IMG/VR virus record: IMGVR_UViG_3300037782_000115
Span: 32,001-96,000 of that record
Direction: 5' to 3' (one strand)
Length of the DNA: 64,000 nucleotides
From: a virus
Under the pieces are notes generated by a model. It was not told where the DNA came from. It made no database searches and was given only the letters and a program-made list of their open reading frames with translations. Of the stretch, positions 1 to 9,144 are shown piece by piece. Every line of letters starts with the position of its first letter. The first letter of the stretch is position 1. The translations under genes were made by a program, and so were the position numbers.

Positions 1-101
1 TCGACAAAGACGCGATGCGTCGGTTCTCGCTCGACGGCATGGAGGGCATCAGCCAGGGCGATACGTTCACAGCCAGGGCGCCGATCGAAATCATGTGCTA
101 A
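1..101 (+). CDS. 3' end of a gene truncated by the window edge
   Basis: Open frame from nt 3 (DKDAMRRFSL...IEIMC) to TAA at 99-101, just upstream of the HNH gene. Confidence 0.45.
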   Translation, partial: DKDAMRRFSLDGMEGISQGDTFTARAPIEIMC

Positions 102-119
102 GCGCGGGGGGCGGCGCCT

Positions 120-428
120 GTGGGGAAGCAGCAAAAGAAATCCAAGAAGAAGGTGCCCCAGGCCTCGAAACAGGCCAAGAAGCAGAAGCGGGCGTGGCGG
201 CGCAAAGCAATCAAAGAGAACGCAGGACAGGGGTGCCCCGCCTGCAAGAAGAAATTCGACAACGGCCAGCACATGGCGACCGTCGACCACATCATACCCA
301 GGTCTATGGGAGGGGCCGACGCGCCGCACAACTACCAGCTCCTCTGCTTTCAATGCAACCTGGACAAGGGCAACAAAATGCCGTGGGACATGAATTTCCC
401 GAATGCGAAGAAGGGATGGGGCCTGTGA
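120..428 (+). CDS. HNH endonuclease
   Basis: CPAC...TVDHIIPRSMGGADAPHNYQLLCFQCNLDKG, a classic HNH/Zn motif. Confidence 0.9.
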   Translation: MGKQQKKSKKKVPQASKQAKKQKRAWRRKAIKENAGQGCPACKKKFDNGQHMATVDHIIPRSMGGADAPHNYQLLCFQCNLDKGNKMPWDMNFPNAKKGWGL

Positions 429-889
429 GAAAGATCAACGCACTGGCAAAGATCGGTCCGATCGCGATCGGGTATACCCAGGACTGGATCGGCTACGAAG
501 ACTGTCCGTACATGAATCGATGGATCCTGTGGTTCGGGCTTGGAACGCTCAGAGTCCACAGGTTCATGCGAGACGACGAGGATCGTGACCTGCACGACCA
601 CCCGTGGGCCTTTGTGACCATCCCCCTGCAAACCTACCACGAGGCGGTAACGGTCTCAGGCGAAGCCTCAGACTCTCTCAGGACGCTCAGGACGGTCAGG
701 CGGTTCAGGCCCCATTTCAGACGGGCGAAGCACAGGCACTCGGTGAAGCTCATCACGAGACCGACGTGGACGATTGTCATCACGGGGCCCAAGACGCGCA
801 GTTGGGGATTCTGGAGGCACGGAGAGTTTGTACACTGGAGGACATGGGTGGGCCAGAACCCGACCGCCCCATGCCAAGACCCGGAGTAG
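425..889 (+). CDS. Cupin-fold phage protein
   Basis: GTG start overlaps the HNH stop; HRFMRDDEDRDLHDHPW...HRHSV...WTIVITGP...WGFW pattern. Confidence 0.7.
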   Translation: MRKINALAKIGPIAIGYTQDWIGYEDCPYMNRWILWFGLGTLRVHRFMRDDEDRDLHDHPWAFVTIPLQTYHEAVTVSGEASDSLRTLRTVRRFRPHFRRAKHRHSVKLITRPTWTIVITGPKTRSWGFWRHGEFVHWRTWVGQNPTAPCQDPE

Positions 890-916
890 GCCACACACAC
901 GAAAAGGAGACGGACT

Positions 917-2530
917 ATGACCCGCAAAAACAACATCTGCCTTATCCTGGCGCTGCTCGCGATGATTCCGGTCGCCATCATCGGCGGCGTCACCATCAGC
1001 GAGGATGCGCAATCTCAGCAGCTCAACGCGGCGGCACGCGCCCAGCCAGAACCCCCGGCCGAGCCGTGGTCAGAGACATCCCTGGACTACAAGCAGTCGT
1101 TCGGCGATCAGATCCAGTTCAGAATCGGCGTCGAGCTCGGCGGCAACCTTTCGTTCGGCTCGTGGGTCACGCTTGAGGAGGGTACGGCTCTCCAGACGCG
1201 ACTGTTGATTCAAACGCGCGCGATCGCCTCCCCCGAACCACCCGGGCCGCCCGAACCGCCAGAGCCGCCCCAGACCGGAAACCCGGCGTGGTGGCCGCCT
1301 CAGTCGGCGATCGACGCGAGGGCAGCCGACGCGCGAGAGGTCAACGCAGCGATTCAGGCTGTCGACGGCGTGGGCGGCTTCATCACGCTGACAACCGAAG
1401 AAGCCGTTGATGCATTCGTTGACAAAATGGTCTACGGCGGAGCTGTCGAGGGCGCGCCAGACCGCCGCGTTGTGATCCGCCTAGCCGACGGCCTTCGGAT
1501 CAGCCAGCCGATGAAGAACGTGAAGAGCGAGTGGAAGCACCTGTGTTTCGACGGCGTGCTTTTTCAGCCCGACACACACACGAACAAGATCGCGATCTCG
1601 CTGCACGGCGACCACGACTACAACACATTCCTCAACTGCACCTTCCGCGATTGGGAGCAGGTGGCGGAGGGACAGGACGACGCGGTGGGCAACGAACCCG
1701 ACCACATCGTGTTCCAGGGCGGACTCTGGGAGGACATCTACAACTCTAACTCGCCGGTGGTCAACTACGACAACCAGAACGACGAGGACCATCGATCGCA
1801 AGGTGTGTGGTGGCAAGGCAGCGGCTGGCAGTTCAAGGGAGTGACGGCAAGGGGCGTTGGGTGGAACCGCGCCGGCGACCCGAACCGCATGCGCACCGAC
1901 AAGTTCAGTCAGATCCTCTATGGCTCACAGAAGGCCAGGAACACGACCGTGGAAGACTGTGTCTTCGAGGGCACGAGCAACAACGCGATCGTGATGAAAG
2001 GTTGGGGGCTGACAGTCCGCGGGTGCACGTTCGACCAGGTTGTCAACGCGGTGAGCTTCGGGACCAACCAGAACCAGCAGCAGCCGTGCGACGCGCTGAT
2101 TGAGAACTGCGAGATTAAGAGGCTCATCCCCCTCAACTGGAAGGATGACGGCTCGCTCCCGCGAGACGAGCAGGTCGCGGCCGACTCTGGGGTGGCGTTC
2201 AGCTTTCTCAACTTCAACGGGGTCACCATCCGAAATGTGAGGGTGACCGGCGAGAATACCGGCCGAAGAAACAGCTTCTTGTACTTCAACAACGGCAAGT
2301 CGAGCAATGTCGAAGCACTCGGCGCCTTGGTTGAATCGTGCGACGCCGGCCCTATGCGCCTAGCGGAGGTCCGCAATTTCAGGCTTCCGACCGGCGGGCT
2401 CGAGCTCACGGTGCGCAACACACAGAGCGGCGGGCAACCCGTGCTTGTCCGCAACACAATTCCGGCGGACGATCCCGCGGAGATTCTGAGCAAGGTTACG
2501 ATCGACGGTGATGCCCCCGCTTGGGAGTGA
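917..2530 (+). CDS. Exported right-handed parallel beta-helix (pectin-lyase-like) protein
   Basis: AAGGAG RBS; signal-peptide-like N-terminus; Pro-rich linker; beta-helix-type repeats (TFLNCTF, TVEDCVFE, TVRGCTFD, LIENCEI, TIRNVRV). Confidence 0.75.
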   Translation: MTRKNNICLILALLAMIPVAIIGGVTISEDAQSQQLNAAARAQPEPPAEPWSETSLDYKQSFGDQIQFRIGVELGGNLSFGSWVTLEEGTALQTRLLIQTRAIASPEPPGPPEPPEPPQTGNPAWWPPQSAIDARAADAREVNAAIQAVDGVGGFITLTTEEAVDAFVDKMVYGGAVEGAPDRRVVIRLADGLRISQPMKNVKSEWKHLCFDGVLFQPDTHTNKIAISLHGDHDYNTFLNCTFRDWEQVAEGQDDAVGNEPDHIVFQGGLWEDIYNSNSPVVNYDNQNDEDHRSQGVWWQGSGWQFKGVTARGVGWNRAGDPNRMRTDKFSQILYGSQKARNTTVEDCVFEGTSNNAIVMKGWGLTVRGCTFDQVVNAVSFGTNQNQQQPCDALIENCEIKRLIPLNWKDDGSLPRDEQVAADSGVAFSFLNFNGVTIRNVRVTGENTGRRNSFLYFNNGKSSNVEALGALVESCDAGPMRLAEVRNFRLPTGGLELTVRNTQSGGQPVLVRNTIPADDPAEILSKVTIDGDAPAWE

Positions 2531-2555
2531 TCCGTTCAACAGCAACCAGGAACAC

Positions 2556-2586
2556 AAACGGGGCGCCGATCGTGGCGCCCCGTTTT
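2556..2586 (+). terminator. Intrinsic terminator, possibly bidirectional
   Basis: AAACGGGGCGCC-gatcgt-GGCGCCCCGTTT perfect 12-bp stem followed by T-rich tail. Confidence 0.8.
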
Positions 2587-2587
2587 C

Positions 2588-2616
2588 TTGACAGACCAGA
2601 AGCCTTGTCATAACCT
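2588..2616 (+). promoter_or_regulatory. Sigma70-type promoter with overlapping inverted repeat
   Basis: TTGACA-17 nt-TAACCT; TGACA...TGTCA dyad spans the spacer; ATG 6 nt after the -10 element (leaderless). Confidence 0.65.
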
Positions 2617-2622
2617 GTACGC

Positions 2623-2913
2623 ATGAGCAAGCAAGAACCGCCCGACAATGCACCGCAGAGCATCAGAAATCCACTGCAAACAAAGCAGGCACGCAGGATA
2701 CGGATATCAGACGACAAATGGAGCCGCATCGGGGAGCTCGCCGCGAAGCACGGCATCGGGCAGTCTGAGTACATCCGAAGACTGATCGATCGGGAGCTTC
2801 TGTCCGACTCAAGGGAGGACCGCACCAACCAGCGCATTGCATCCCTAGAGACCAGGATGGCGGCAATGGAGGCGTCGCTGGCCGCGGCGATCGTTCCCCA
2901 TGGCGAGGGCTAA
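2623..2913 (+). CDS. Ribbon-helix-helix (CopG/Arc-like) regulator with coiled coil
   Basis: RRIRISDDKWSRIGELAAKHGIGQSEYIRRLIDREL. Confidence 0.8.
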   Translation: MSKQEPPDNAPQSIRNPLQTKQARRIRISDDKWSRIGELAAKHGIGQSEYIRRLIDRELLSDSREDRTNQRIASLETRMAAMEASLAAAIVPHGEG

Positions 2914-4126
2914 TTTCGACTTCATGAAAGAGCAGTGCGACCTGGCGGCGAATATTGTCGAGGTCGTATCCACCCGGTGTGACTTGCGGCCTAAAGGGCG
3001 CGAGTATGTCGGGCTCTGCCCATTCCACGACGATAAAAAGCCATCGATGACCGTGGTGCCGAAAAAGAACATCTTTCAATGCTTTTCTTGTGGCGCCGGC
3101 GGAGACCAATACGAATTCATCAAGCTGTATGAATCAGTCAAGTTCCCCGACGCGCTGAGGATTGTCTGCGAGATACTTGGTGTGCAGACGGACGGCAAGG
3201 CTGTTCAGTCGGGCGGCGAACGGGTCATGCGAGAGACGAAGAAGCACGAAGCGGTGCTTATGAGCCCGAGGCAGATTCTCGACGAGTGGAACTGGTACCG
3301 CGAGCGCTCGATGGATCCGGCGCCGTGGGAGCAGAGACTCGGCATCGAGCCCGGCGCGATCGAGATCGCCCAAATGACGGTTGCTCCCTATCGGCACAAC
3401 CAGGCCCGCAAAGTGCTCGTCAGCCCGATGCGGACCGCGGACGGCACGCTGTGCTCGCTTAGATTCAGAGATTTCGAGACGAAGAGCAGGTGGAGTCTCG
3501 ACCAGAAGGAGCGGATCGACGGCGAGTTGCAGGTCGTGGCAAACACCGCGTCAGGCCTGATGACGTGGGAAGAGTTCTACGACAACGACGTTTGTATCGA
3601 TGATTGCCGCGATATCGTCATTGAGGGCGAGACAGACCTGCTCGGCGGCATATCGATCATGATGCGCACCTACGGCAGCAATACCACCGAGTGGCCCGCA
3701 AGAATCGTTGCCCTTCCGGGCGTGATGGCGTGCCACGACATCCTGCTCGAGGCCAGGCTGTCCAGGCTGGTCGTGACGTTCTTCGACCTCGATGGCGCAG
3801 GCATGCGGGCCGCGTTCGATCACCGGAGGATGAAGAGGCACACAAAGCCGGACGGAACGCACGAGTTCCGGACAAACCTCGACGAGCCGCCCGTGCCAGG
3901 GCTTCTTCGGAAGCTGGCCACAACCGGTAGGCGTGCTCGGGCCTGCTTCCCGCCAACATCCAGCGACGGGAAGAAGTATGATCTGCGGGATATGGCAAAG
4001 AACGGGTGGGATTGGGACATGTGGCGATCCCACATGCTCCAACACGGGACCGCAGATCCAACAGGCGGCAGCCACGGCAGGAGGCTTCGGAATGGCAAAC
4101 GTGATATTTCAGCTTCGCCCGGTTGA
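2900..4126 (+). CDS. dnaG: DNA primase (CHC2 zinc finger + Toprim)
   Basis: GLCPFHDDKKPS...FQCFSCGAGGD; IVIEGETD; FFDLDGAG. Confidence 0.88.
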   Translation: MARANFDFMKEQCDLAANIVEVVSTRCDLRPKGREYVGLCPFHDDKKPSMTVVPKKNIFQCFSCGAGGDQYEFIKLYESVKFPDALRIVCEILGVQTDGKAVQSGGERVMRETKKHEAVLMSPRQILDEWNWYRERSMDPAPWEQRLGIEPGAIEIAQMTVAPYRHNQARKVLVSPMRTADGTLCSLRFRDFETKSRWSLDQKERIDGELQVVANTASGLMTWEEFYDNDVCIDDCRDIVIEGETDLLGGISIMMRTYGSNTTEWPARIVALPGVMACHDILLEARLSRLVVTFFDLDGAGMRAAFDHRRMKRHTKPDGTHEFRTNLDEPPVPGLLRKLATTGRRARACFPPTSSDGKKYDLRDMAKNGWDWDMWRSHMLQHGTADPTGGSHGRRLRNGKRDISASPG

Positions 4127-4307
4127 GGGGACACCGTGGACGATCGGCGTGTTCGCGGATGGGGAGCAGATCGGCGGCGTACAGAACGGGGCCGCGGGCG
4201 ATGGCATGGTGTGGAGCGCCGTTGACAGTGAAGAGGCGGCGGTGTCCGAAGGGGCAACTATTGCAGAGGCCGCCAATGCGGTGATTGCGGATTACATGGC
4301 GCCATAA
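4092..4307 (+). CDS. Hypothetical protein
   Basis: MANVIFQL... 71 aa filling the gap between primase and helicase. Confidence 0.55.
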   Translation: MANVIFQLRPVEGTPWTIGVFADGEQIGGVQNGAAGDGMVWSAVDSEEAAVSEGATIAEAANAVIADYMAP

Positions 4308-4317
4308 AGGATCGAGA

Positions 4318-5703
4318 ATGGGCAAGGACAAAGAGCCGGAGTCTCAAGCGTTCGACACAAGGCACATGGAGATGTCGCTTCTCGGCTGGGCAATGACCTG
4401 GCCCGAGAGGTTTTATGAGATCCAAACGCTCTCTGACGAAGTCTTCTCGATGCCGGCGTGCGCCAGGCTATTCAAGACCATGAAGAAGCTCTACGAAGAC
4501 GGGGGGCAGGGCGCGATCGATACGCCGGCGATGATTGCTCGCGGTCTGACCGCCGCCGGCACAAAGGAAGACGACGCATTTGCACTTCTCACGGACATCC
4601 AAGACTACGCGCCGAGCAGCCCAGAAGGGTTTGCATACATCAGGGACCAAGTTGTCCGGCAGGCGGTTATGCGCAACGTCGACGCCGCGGGCTCTGAGAT
4701 ATCCACACTGGCCAAGTCGGGCATTGAGGACCCAGAAGAGTTGACGGCCCTGGCCATGGCGTCCCTCCAGTCGGCGATCGCCGTTGGATCTAAGACGACC
4801 ATCAAATCGATGGGCGAACAGATGCAGGCCGAGATCGAGAAGATGGAGCGTGCAGATCAGGGGCACGAGTACGCACAGCGTGGACTCAGCACCGGTATCA
4901 CGGCTGTCGACGACATCATCAATGGTATTGTCAACAAGAAGGTCTACGTCATCGCCGCACGCCCGAGCGTTGGCAAGACCGCATTTGTCTCGGCGATGAT
5001 CGGCGCGTTCCTAAACCAAGGCGCGTCCGGCCTCTTTGTGTCCCAGGAGATGGACGCCGAAGAATGCGCGGTTCGCATGATCTGTCACACCGCGGGGCTA
5101 AACATCGCCAACGTAACCAAGGGCCTGCTAAAGCCGACAGAGCGCAGGGCGTATGCCGAACACGCCCAGGAGTGGATGAGGACTCCGTGGTTTATCCACG
5201 ACGCCGGCGGCATGCCCATAACAAAGCTCTGCTCCTCAGCAAGGCGGCTCACGCTCGAGCACGACATCAAGTGGCTGGCGGTCGATTATCTCCAGCTGAT
5301 GGACCACCAGAAGCAAAGGGGCGAGAGCACCAACGACGCGATCGCGAGGACGTCACAGGCCGTCAAGGCCTTGGCCATGTCCCTCGACATACCGATCATC
5401 ATGCTCTCACAGCTCAACCGCGGCTCAGAAGGCCGCGACAACAAGAGGCCGAGGCTCGCAGACCTCCGAGACTCGGGCGCCATCGAACAAGACGCAGACG
5501 TGGTGATGTTCCTGTATCGCGACGCGATGTACTGGTCGCCCGAGGAACGAGAAGAGCACCGGGACAAGCCGTGCGAGATGGCCGAGGTGATTGTCGCCAA
5601 ACAGAGGAACGGGCCGATCGATACGGCGAAAGTGGCCTTCTACCCGTCTTGTGCTAGATATGCTAACCTACCAGAGGATTACGGATACACGACATACTCA
5701 TAG
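4318..5703 (+). CDS. dnaB: Replicative DNA helicase
   Basis: AARPSVGKT, SQEM, AVDYLQLM, LSQLNR, RPRLADLRDSGAIEQDADVVMFLYR, AKQRNGP. Confidence 0.97.
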   Translation: MGKDKEPESQAFDTRHMEMSLLGWAMTWPERFYEIQTLSDEVFSMPACARLFKTMKKLYEDGGQGAIDTPAMIARGLTAAGTKEDDAFALLTDIQDYAPSSPEGFAYIRDQVVRQAVMRNVDAAGSEISTLAKSGIEDPEELTALAMASLQSAIAVGSKTTIKSMGEQMQAEIEKMERADQGHEYAQRGLSTGITAVDDIINGIVNKKVYVIAARPSVGKTAFVSAMIGAFLNQGASGLFVSQEMDAEECAVRMICHTAGLNIANVTKGLLKPTERRAYAEHAQEWMRTPWFIHDAGGMPITKLCSSARRLTLEHDIKWLAVDYLQLMDHQKQRGESTNDAIARTSQAVKALAMSLDIPIIMLSQLNRGSEGRDNKRPRLADLRDSGAIEQDADVVMFLYRDAMYWSPEEREEHRDKPCEMAEVIVAKQRNGPIDTAKVAFYPSCARYANLPEDYGYTTYS

Positions 5704-5714
5704 CCAGGGCACGC

Positions 5715-6308
5715 ATGGACGCCACAATCACTGAGCTATATGACGCACACGAGAGGGGCGAGCTTACAGAGCACGACGCCCGATGGAAGACGGTGTGCAA
5801 ACACCTCGGCCGGATTGCAGCGGCGACCGTGGCGGGGAGCTCAAAGGGGCTCTATGGGGAGCCGTTCAACACAGCGGTCATGGCGGTGGAGACCGAGCTG
5901 CTTCGGAAGTTCATCAAGAAGAAGTTCGGAGGCCGGAGCCAGGACACGATTGACAGCCTCTTGGGCACAACCGCGCGCAACGACCTGTACGCACACTTCC
6001 GCAGGAGCAAGTCGCCCACACCGGTCTACTTCGACGGCGCCGAGGAGACGTGGGAGAGCCCGAAGTCGACGCCAGAACACGAACACGACATATTCGGCGA
6101 AGTCAGGAAGATGATGCGGCCCGTCCGGTTTGTCGAATACCCGCACGCAAAGGAGATCGTCCTCGCCGCGTTTCTAGCCACAGGAAAGATGCCAGACTCG
6201 CGTGTACTTGAACTCGCCGGTGTCAAAAAAACAGAGAGGCAGGCTGTCCTGAACAGCATCATCTTTAGCATAAACAACGCCATGATGGGGCTGTGTAGTG
6301 CTGCATAA
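5715..6308 (+). CDS. Divergent ECF-sigma-factor-like protein
   Basis: SLLGTTARNDLYAHFRR resembles the ECF region 2 motif (WL..IARN...D..RR); 197 aa. Confidence 0.45.
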   Translation: MDATITELYDAHERGELTEHDARWKTVCKHLGRIAAATVAGSSKGLYGEPFNTAVMAVETELLRKFIKKKFGGRSQDTIDSLLGTTARNDLYAHFRRSKSPTPVYFDGAEETWESPKSTPEHEHDIFGEVRKMMRPVRFVEYPHAKEIVLAAFLATGKMPDSRVLELAGVKKTERQAVLNSIIFSINNAMMGLCSAA

Positions 6309-7065
6309 ACTGCTACAAACACCCGAGAGGCGGGGGACGATTGCACCCGAGATCATCGAGTTCTTCGCGACTCATGATGAGGGCGGCGATATGCTCGAGA
6401 AGTTCATCCTGGCATTCGCGGGTACGTCATTCACAATGCCGGACCACAGCTTCTTCGCGAGACTAAACAGAGACAAAGAACTCATTCGGGCAGTCAAAAG
6501 AGACGGTCGGCCCAAGGCGGTTATCGCCGCAATTACAAGCGCCGGAGTCAGCTATGCCTATCTCCAGAATCTGTGGATCGCCGTTGAGGGACGCATGCTC
6601 CAAGGGCCTGAGATCCACGGCGGCCGGGCCGTGGCGATCGAAGCCGCCAAAGACCTGTTGCTCGAGCACCCAACGGCCACCAACGACATAGTCTCGATAT
6701 ACACACTCAACGCAAGAGAGAGGGCTGAGTGCATGCTCAAGGTGTCCGCGGCAAGGGCTGGAAACACAAACACGCCGAAGTCAAAGCCTGTCACCACGCC
6801 GAGAAGCGGGAACACGAGGGCGGCAAGGGGCGACACGGGTGTGGAGGCCGCGATGCGGAAACGCATCACGGGCACCCAGAAAACGATCCTTGCCGCCCTC
6901 CGGGGCGCGAAGAAGCGTCTCGGCGGCGAAGAAATCAGGGACGCGATCGGCGGGTCGAGCGTGCCAACACGCTCGCTCAACAGCCTGCTCGACCTTGGGC
7001 TCATCAGCGAGTCCAAAGCGGGCAAGTTCAAATGCACAAACCTCGGAGCGGAGGTCTCGAAATGA
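6298..7065 (+). CDS. Hypothetical protein with C-terminal winged helix
   Basis: ITGTQKTILAALRG...LGGEEIRDAIGG...SLNSLLDLGLISESKAGKFKCTNLG. Confidence 0.65.
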   Translation: MLHKLLQTPERRGTIAPEIIEFFATHDEGGDMLEKFILAFAGTSFTMPDHSFFARLNRDKELIRAVKRDGRPKAVIAAITSAGVSYAYLQNLWIAVEGRMLQGPEIHGGRAVAIEAAKDLLLEHPTATNDIVSIYTLNARERAECMLKVSAARAGNTNTPKSKPVTTPRSGNTRAARGDTGVEAAMRKRITGTQKTILAALRGAKKRLGGEEIRDAIGGSSVPTRSLNSLLDLGLISESKAGKFKCTNLGAEVSK

Positions 7066-7970
7066 AGGTCGAGGGAACGCCGTCGCCATGGTTTGGTGGG
7101 AAGTGGGAGATGCCGTGGCTTCTCGACCTATTCCCTGACCCAGAACAAATCCACACGTATGTCGAGCCCTACGGGGGCATGTGCGGCCTCATGCTCAGGA
7201 AGATGCCTTCCCCGGTCGAGGTTTACAACGACGTCAACAGCGCGTTGGTCACCTTCTGGAAGGCTGTCAGGCTCTACCCTGACGAGCTTGCTCGCGCGGT
7301 CGAGCTCACACCGATCAGCTACGAGGAGTGGAGCAGCGCCAAGGCAGCGCTGCGAGAGCTCAAGGACACAGACGGACTCGACAAGGATCAGATCGTTGAG
7401 GTCGCCAGGCAGTTCATCGTCATGTCCAGACAATCGATGGCCGGCGCTCCCGGCAGATCGTGGCAGGCCTCGGTCACCCATAGCCGGCGAGGAATGGCAT
7501 CGACGTGCTCGGCGTGGCTTAACCTCCCCGAAACCGTGGTGCAGTGTGGGCAGCGGTTCAAGTCGGTGCAGATTGAGCACAGGCCGGCTGTGCATGTGAT
7601 TAAGAAGTACGACACACCAAAGACACTGTTCTACCTCGACCCCCCCTACATGCCCGAAACATGTAAGACGGGGGTGTACTCGGCCTCCGGCGGCGCCGAG
7701 ATGAGCCCGGCCGACCACGCCGTAATGCTTCGTGCAATCAGGGATATCGAGGGATCGGCGGTATTGTCGGGATATGACAGCGACCTGTACAACAAATGGC
7801 TCGACAGATGGGGGTGGCAAACCAAGGAAATCGAGGTCCCGTGCAGATCCGCGGTCACTACATCGGGGTCAGTCGCCGAGAGGACAACCCGGATCGAGAA
7901 GGTTTGGTATAAATACAACGACGGAATGAAGCCGGAAGCGGCAAAAACCCTGTTCTGTGACAACGGATAG
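7062..7970 (+). CDS. Dam/D12-class N6-adenine DNA methyltransferase
   Basis: PWFGGK, YVEPYGG, EVYNDVN, FYLDPPY, LSGY; GGAGG RBS, ATGA overlap. Confidence 0.92.
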   Translation: MKVEGTPSPWFGGKWEMPWLLDLFPDPEQIHTYVEPYGGMCGLMLRKMPSPVEVYNDVNSALVTFWKAVRLYPDELARAVELTPISYEEWSSAKAALRELKDTDGLDKDQIVEVARQFIVMSRQSMAGAPGRSWQASVTHSRRGMASTCSAWLNLPETVVQCGQRFKSVQIEHRPAVHVIKKYDTPKTLFYLDPPYMPETCKTGVYSASGGAEMSPADHAVMLRAIRDIEGSAVLSGYDSDLYNKWLDRWGWQTKEIEVPCRSAVTTSGSVAERTTRIEKVWYKYNDGMKPEAAKTLFCDNG

Positions 7971-7991
7971 TTTAACACAAGGAGCTTCATT

Positions 7992-8414
7992 GTGAACATC
8001 AGACTGAATGTTGGCGAAACGGCGCGTATCAGCCTCGAGACCAAGGGCGGCACACTCGAGGGCAACTACGAATGGGAATCATTGCCTCCCGGCTCGGTGA
8101 TCAATCTGGATCCGCAAGAATCGGAGGGCACGCGCGTCGCCGAAGTCACCGCCAACGGGGTGGGCACAGCGACCTTCCGCGCCCGCGGCATGATCGCACC
8201 GGCCAGCGGCGGCCCTGCCGTGTCCGACTACATCGACATCACTGTGCAAGTGGTCAAGGGACCGCACACGCGCGGCGCAGTCGAGTATTCCGAGCCGGCC
8301 AGGCAGTTCGACGGCACGCATGAGTCCGGGCACGCCGGGCCGGATGAGCCGACGGGCGGCGAAGACGGTGCCGAAGCCGGCAGCGGAGACGGCGCCGAGA
8401 GCGGAACCGATTGA
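7992..8414 (+). CDS. Ig-like (Big-type) beta protein with acidic tail
   Basis: NIRLNVGETARI...YEWES...VTANGVGTATFRA...IDITVQV; AAGGAG RBS. Confidence 0.6.
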   Translation: MNIRLNVGETARISLETKGGTLEGNYEWESLPPGSVINLDPQESEGTRVAEVTANGVGTATFRARGMIAPASGGPAVSDYIDITVQVVKGPHTRGAVEYSEPARQFDGTHESGHAGPDEPTGGEDGAEAGSGDGAESGTD

Positions 8415-8417
8415 CCC

Positions 8418-8449
8418 ATGACCGCGGCCGCGAAAGCAGCCGCGGTCAT
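8418..8449 (+). terminator. GC hairpin (terminator or attenuator) immediately 5' of the ABC ATPase start
   Basis: ATGACCGCGGC...GCGAAAGC...GCCGCGGTCAT with GAAA loop. Confidence 0.55.
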
Positions 8450-8451
8450 TT

Positions 8452-9141
8452 ATGGTAACAAAGATCAGGCTGTCGAGGTCGTTCAAGACCCGTGTTGAAC
8501 CGACGCCACTGGTGGTCCAGTGCGCCGGCATGTTCGGCATAGGCGTGGACGAGGACATCGACATCACGCTGTACTCCGGCCTCCAGGTCACGCTTGGCGA
8601 GGGCCGGGTGATCTACATCACCGGAGACAGCGGGGCTGGCAAGTCGTGCCTGCTCAGAGATATTGTGTCCCACAAGGAAACAAACGCGAAGTTCCGGGTA
8701 GTCTCCGACCGCGACATCGAAGACATGCCGGACAAGCCGCTAGTCGATCAATTCGGCGACATGCCGCTAATCAAGATCGGTGAGCTTCTGGCGTTTGTCG
8801 GCATATCAGAGGCGTTTGTCTATCTACGAAAGCCCAAAGAACTATCAGACGGTCAACGCTATCGGTTCAAGCTGGCGATGATGATCTATGAATCGATCAA
8901 GGAGACCGAGGACAAAAGAACGCCGCTGATCACCGTCGACGAATACTTGGCGTTCCTCGACCGGGAGACAGCGAAGAATGTGGCCTATCAAACCAGGAGG
9001 GCGTCGAGCAAATACGGATTCTGTGTTGTGGTGGCGACCACACACGCGGACATAGCCGAAGACCTACAAGCGAACCTCACAATCAAGTTACAAATGAACA
9101 TGCCGGCGGAGATCAAGAACACCGCCCTGGCCGGGGACTAA
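8452..9141 (+). CDS. Stand-alone ABC-type ATPase (ATPase half of the COG2401-like ABC-GNAT family)
   Basis: Walker A GDSGAGKS; signature LSDGQRYRF; Walker B ITVDEY; VATTH; no permease nearby. Confidence 0.88.
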   Translation: MVTKIRLSRSFKTRVEPTPLVVQCAGMFGIGVDEDIDITLYSGLQVTLGEGRVIYITGDSGAGKSCLLRDIVSHKETNAKFRVVSDRDIEDMPDKPLVDQFGDMPLIKIGELLAFVGISEAFVYLRKPKELSDGQRYRFKLAMMIYESIKETEDKRTPLITVDEYLAFLDRETAKNVAYQTRRASSKYGFCVVVATTHADIAEDLQANLTIKLQMNMPAEIKNTALAGD

Positions 9142-9144
9142 GGA

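Noticed and set aside
8452-9141. ABC transporter
   Set aside because: No permease or binding protein; the LSDGQ subtype pairs with the GNAT at 12762
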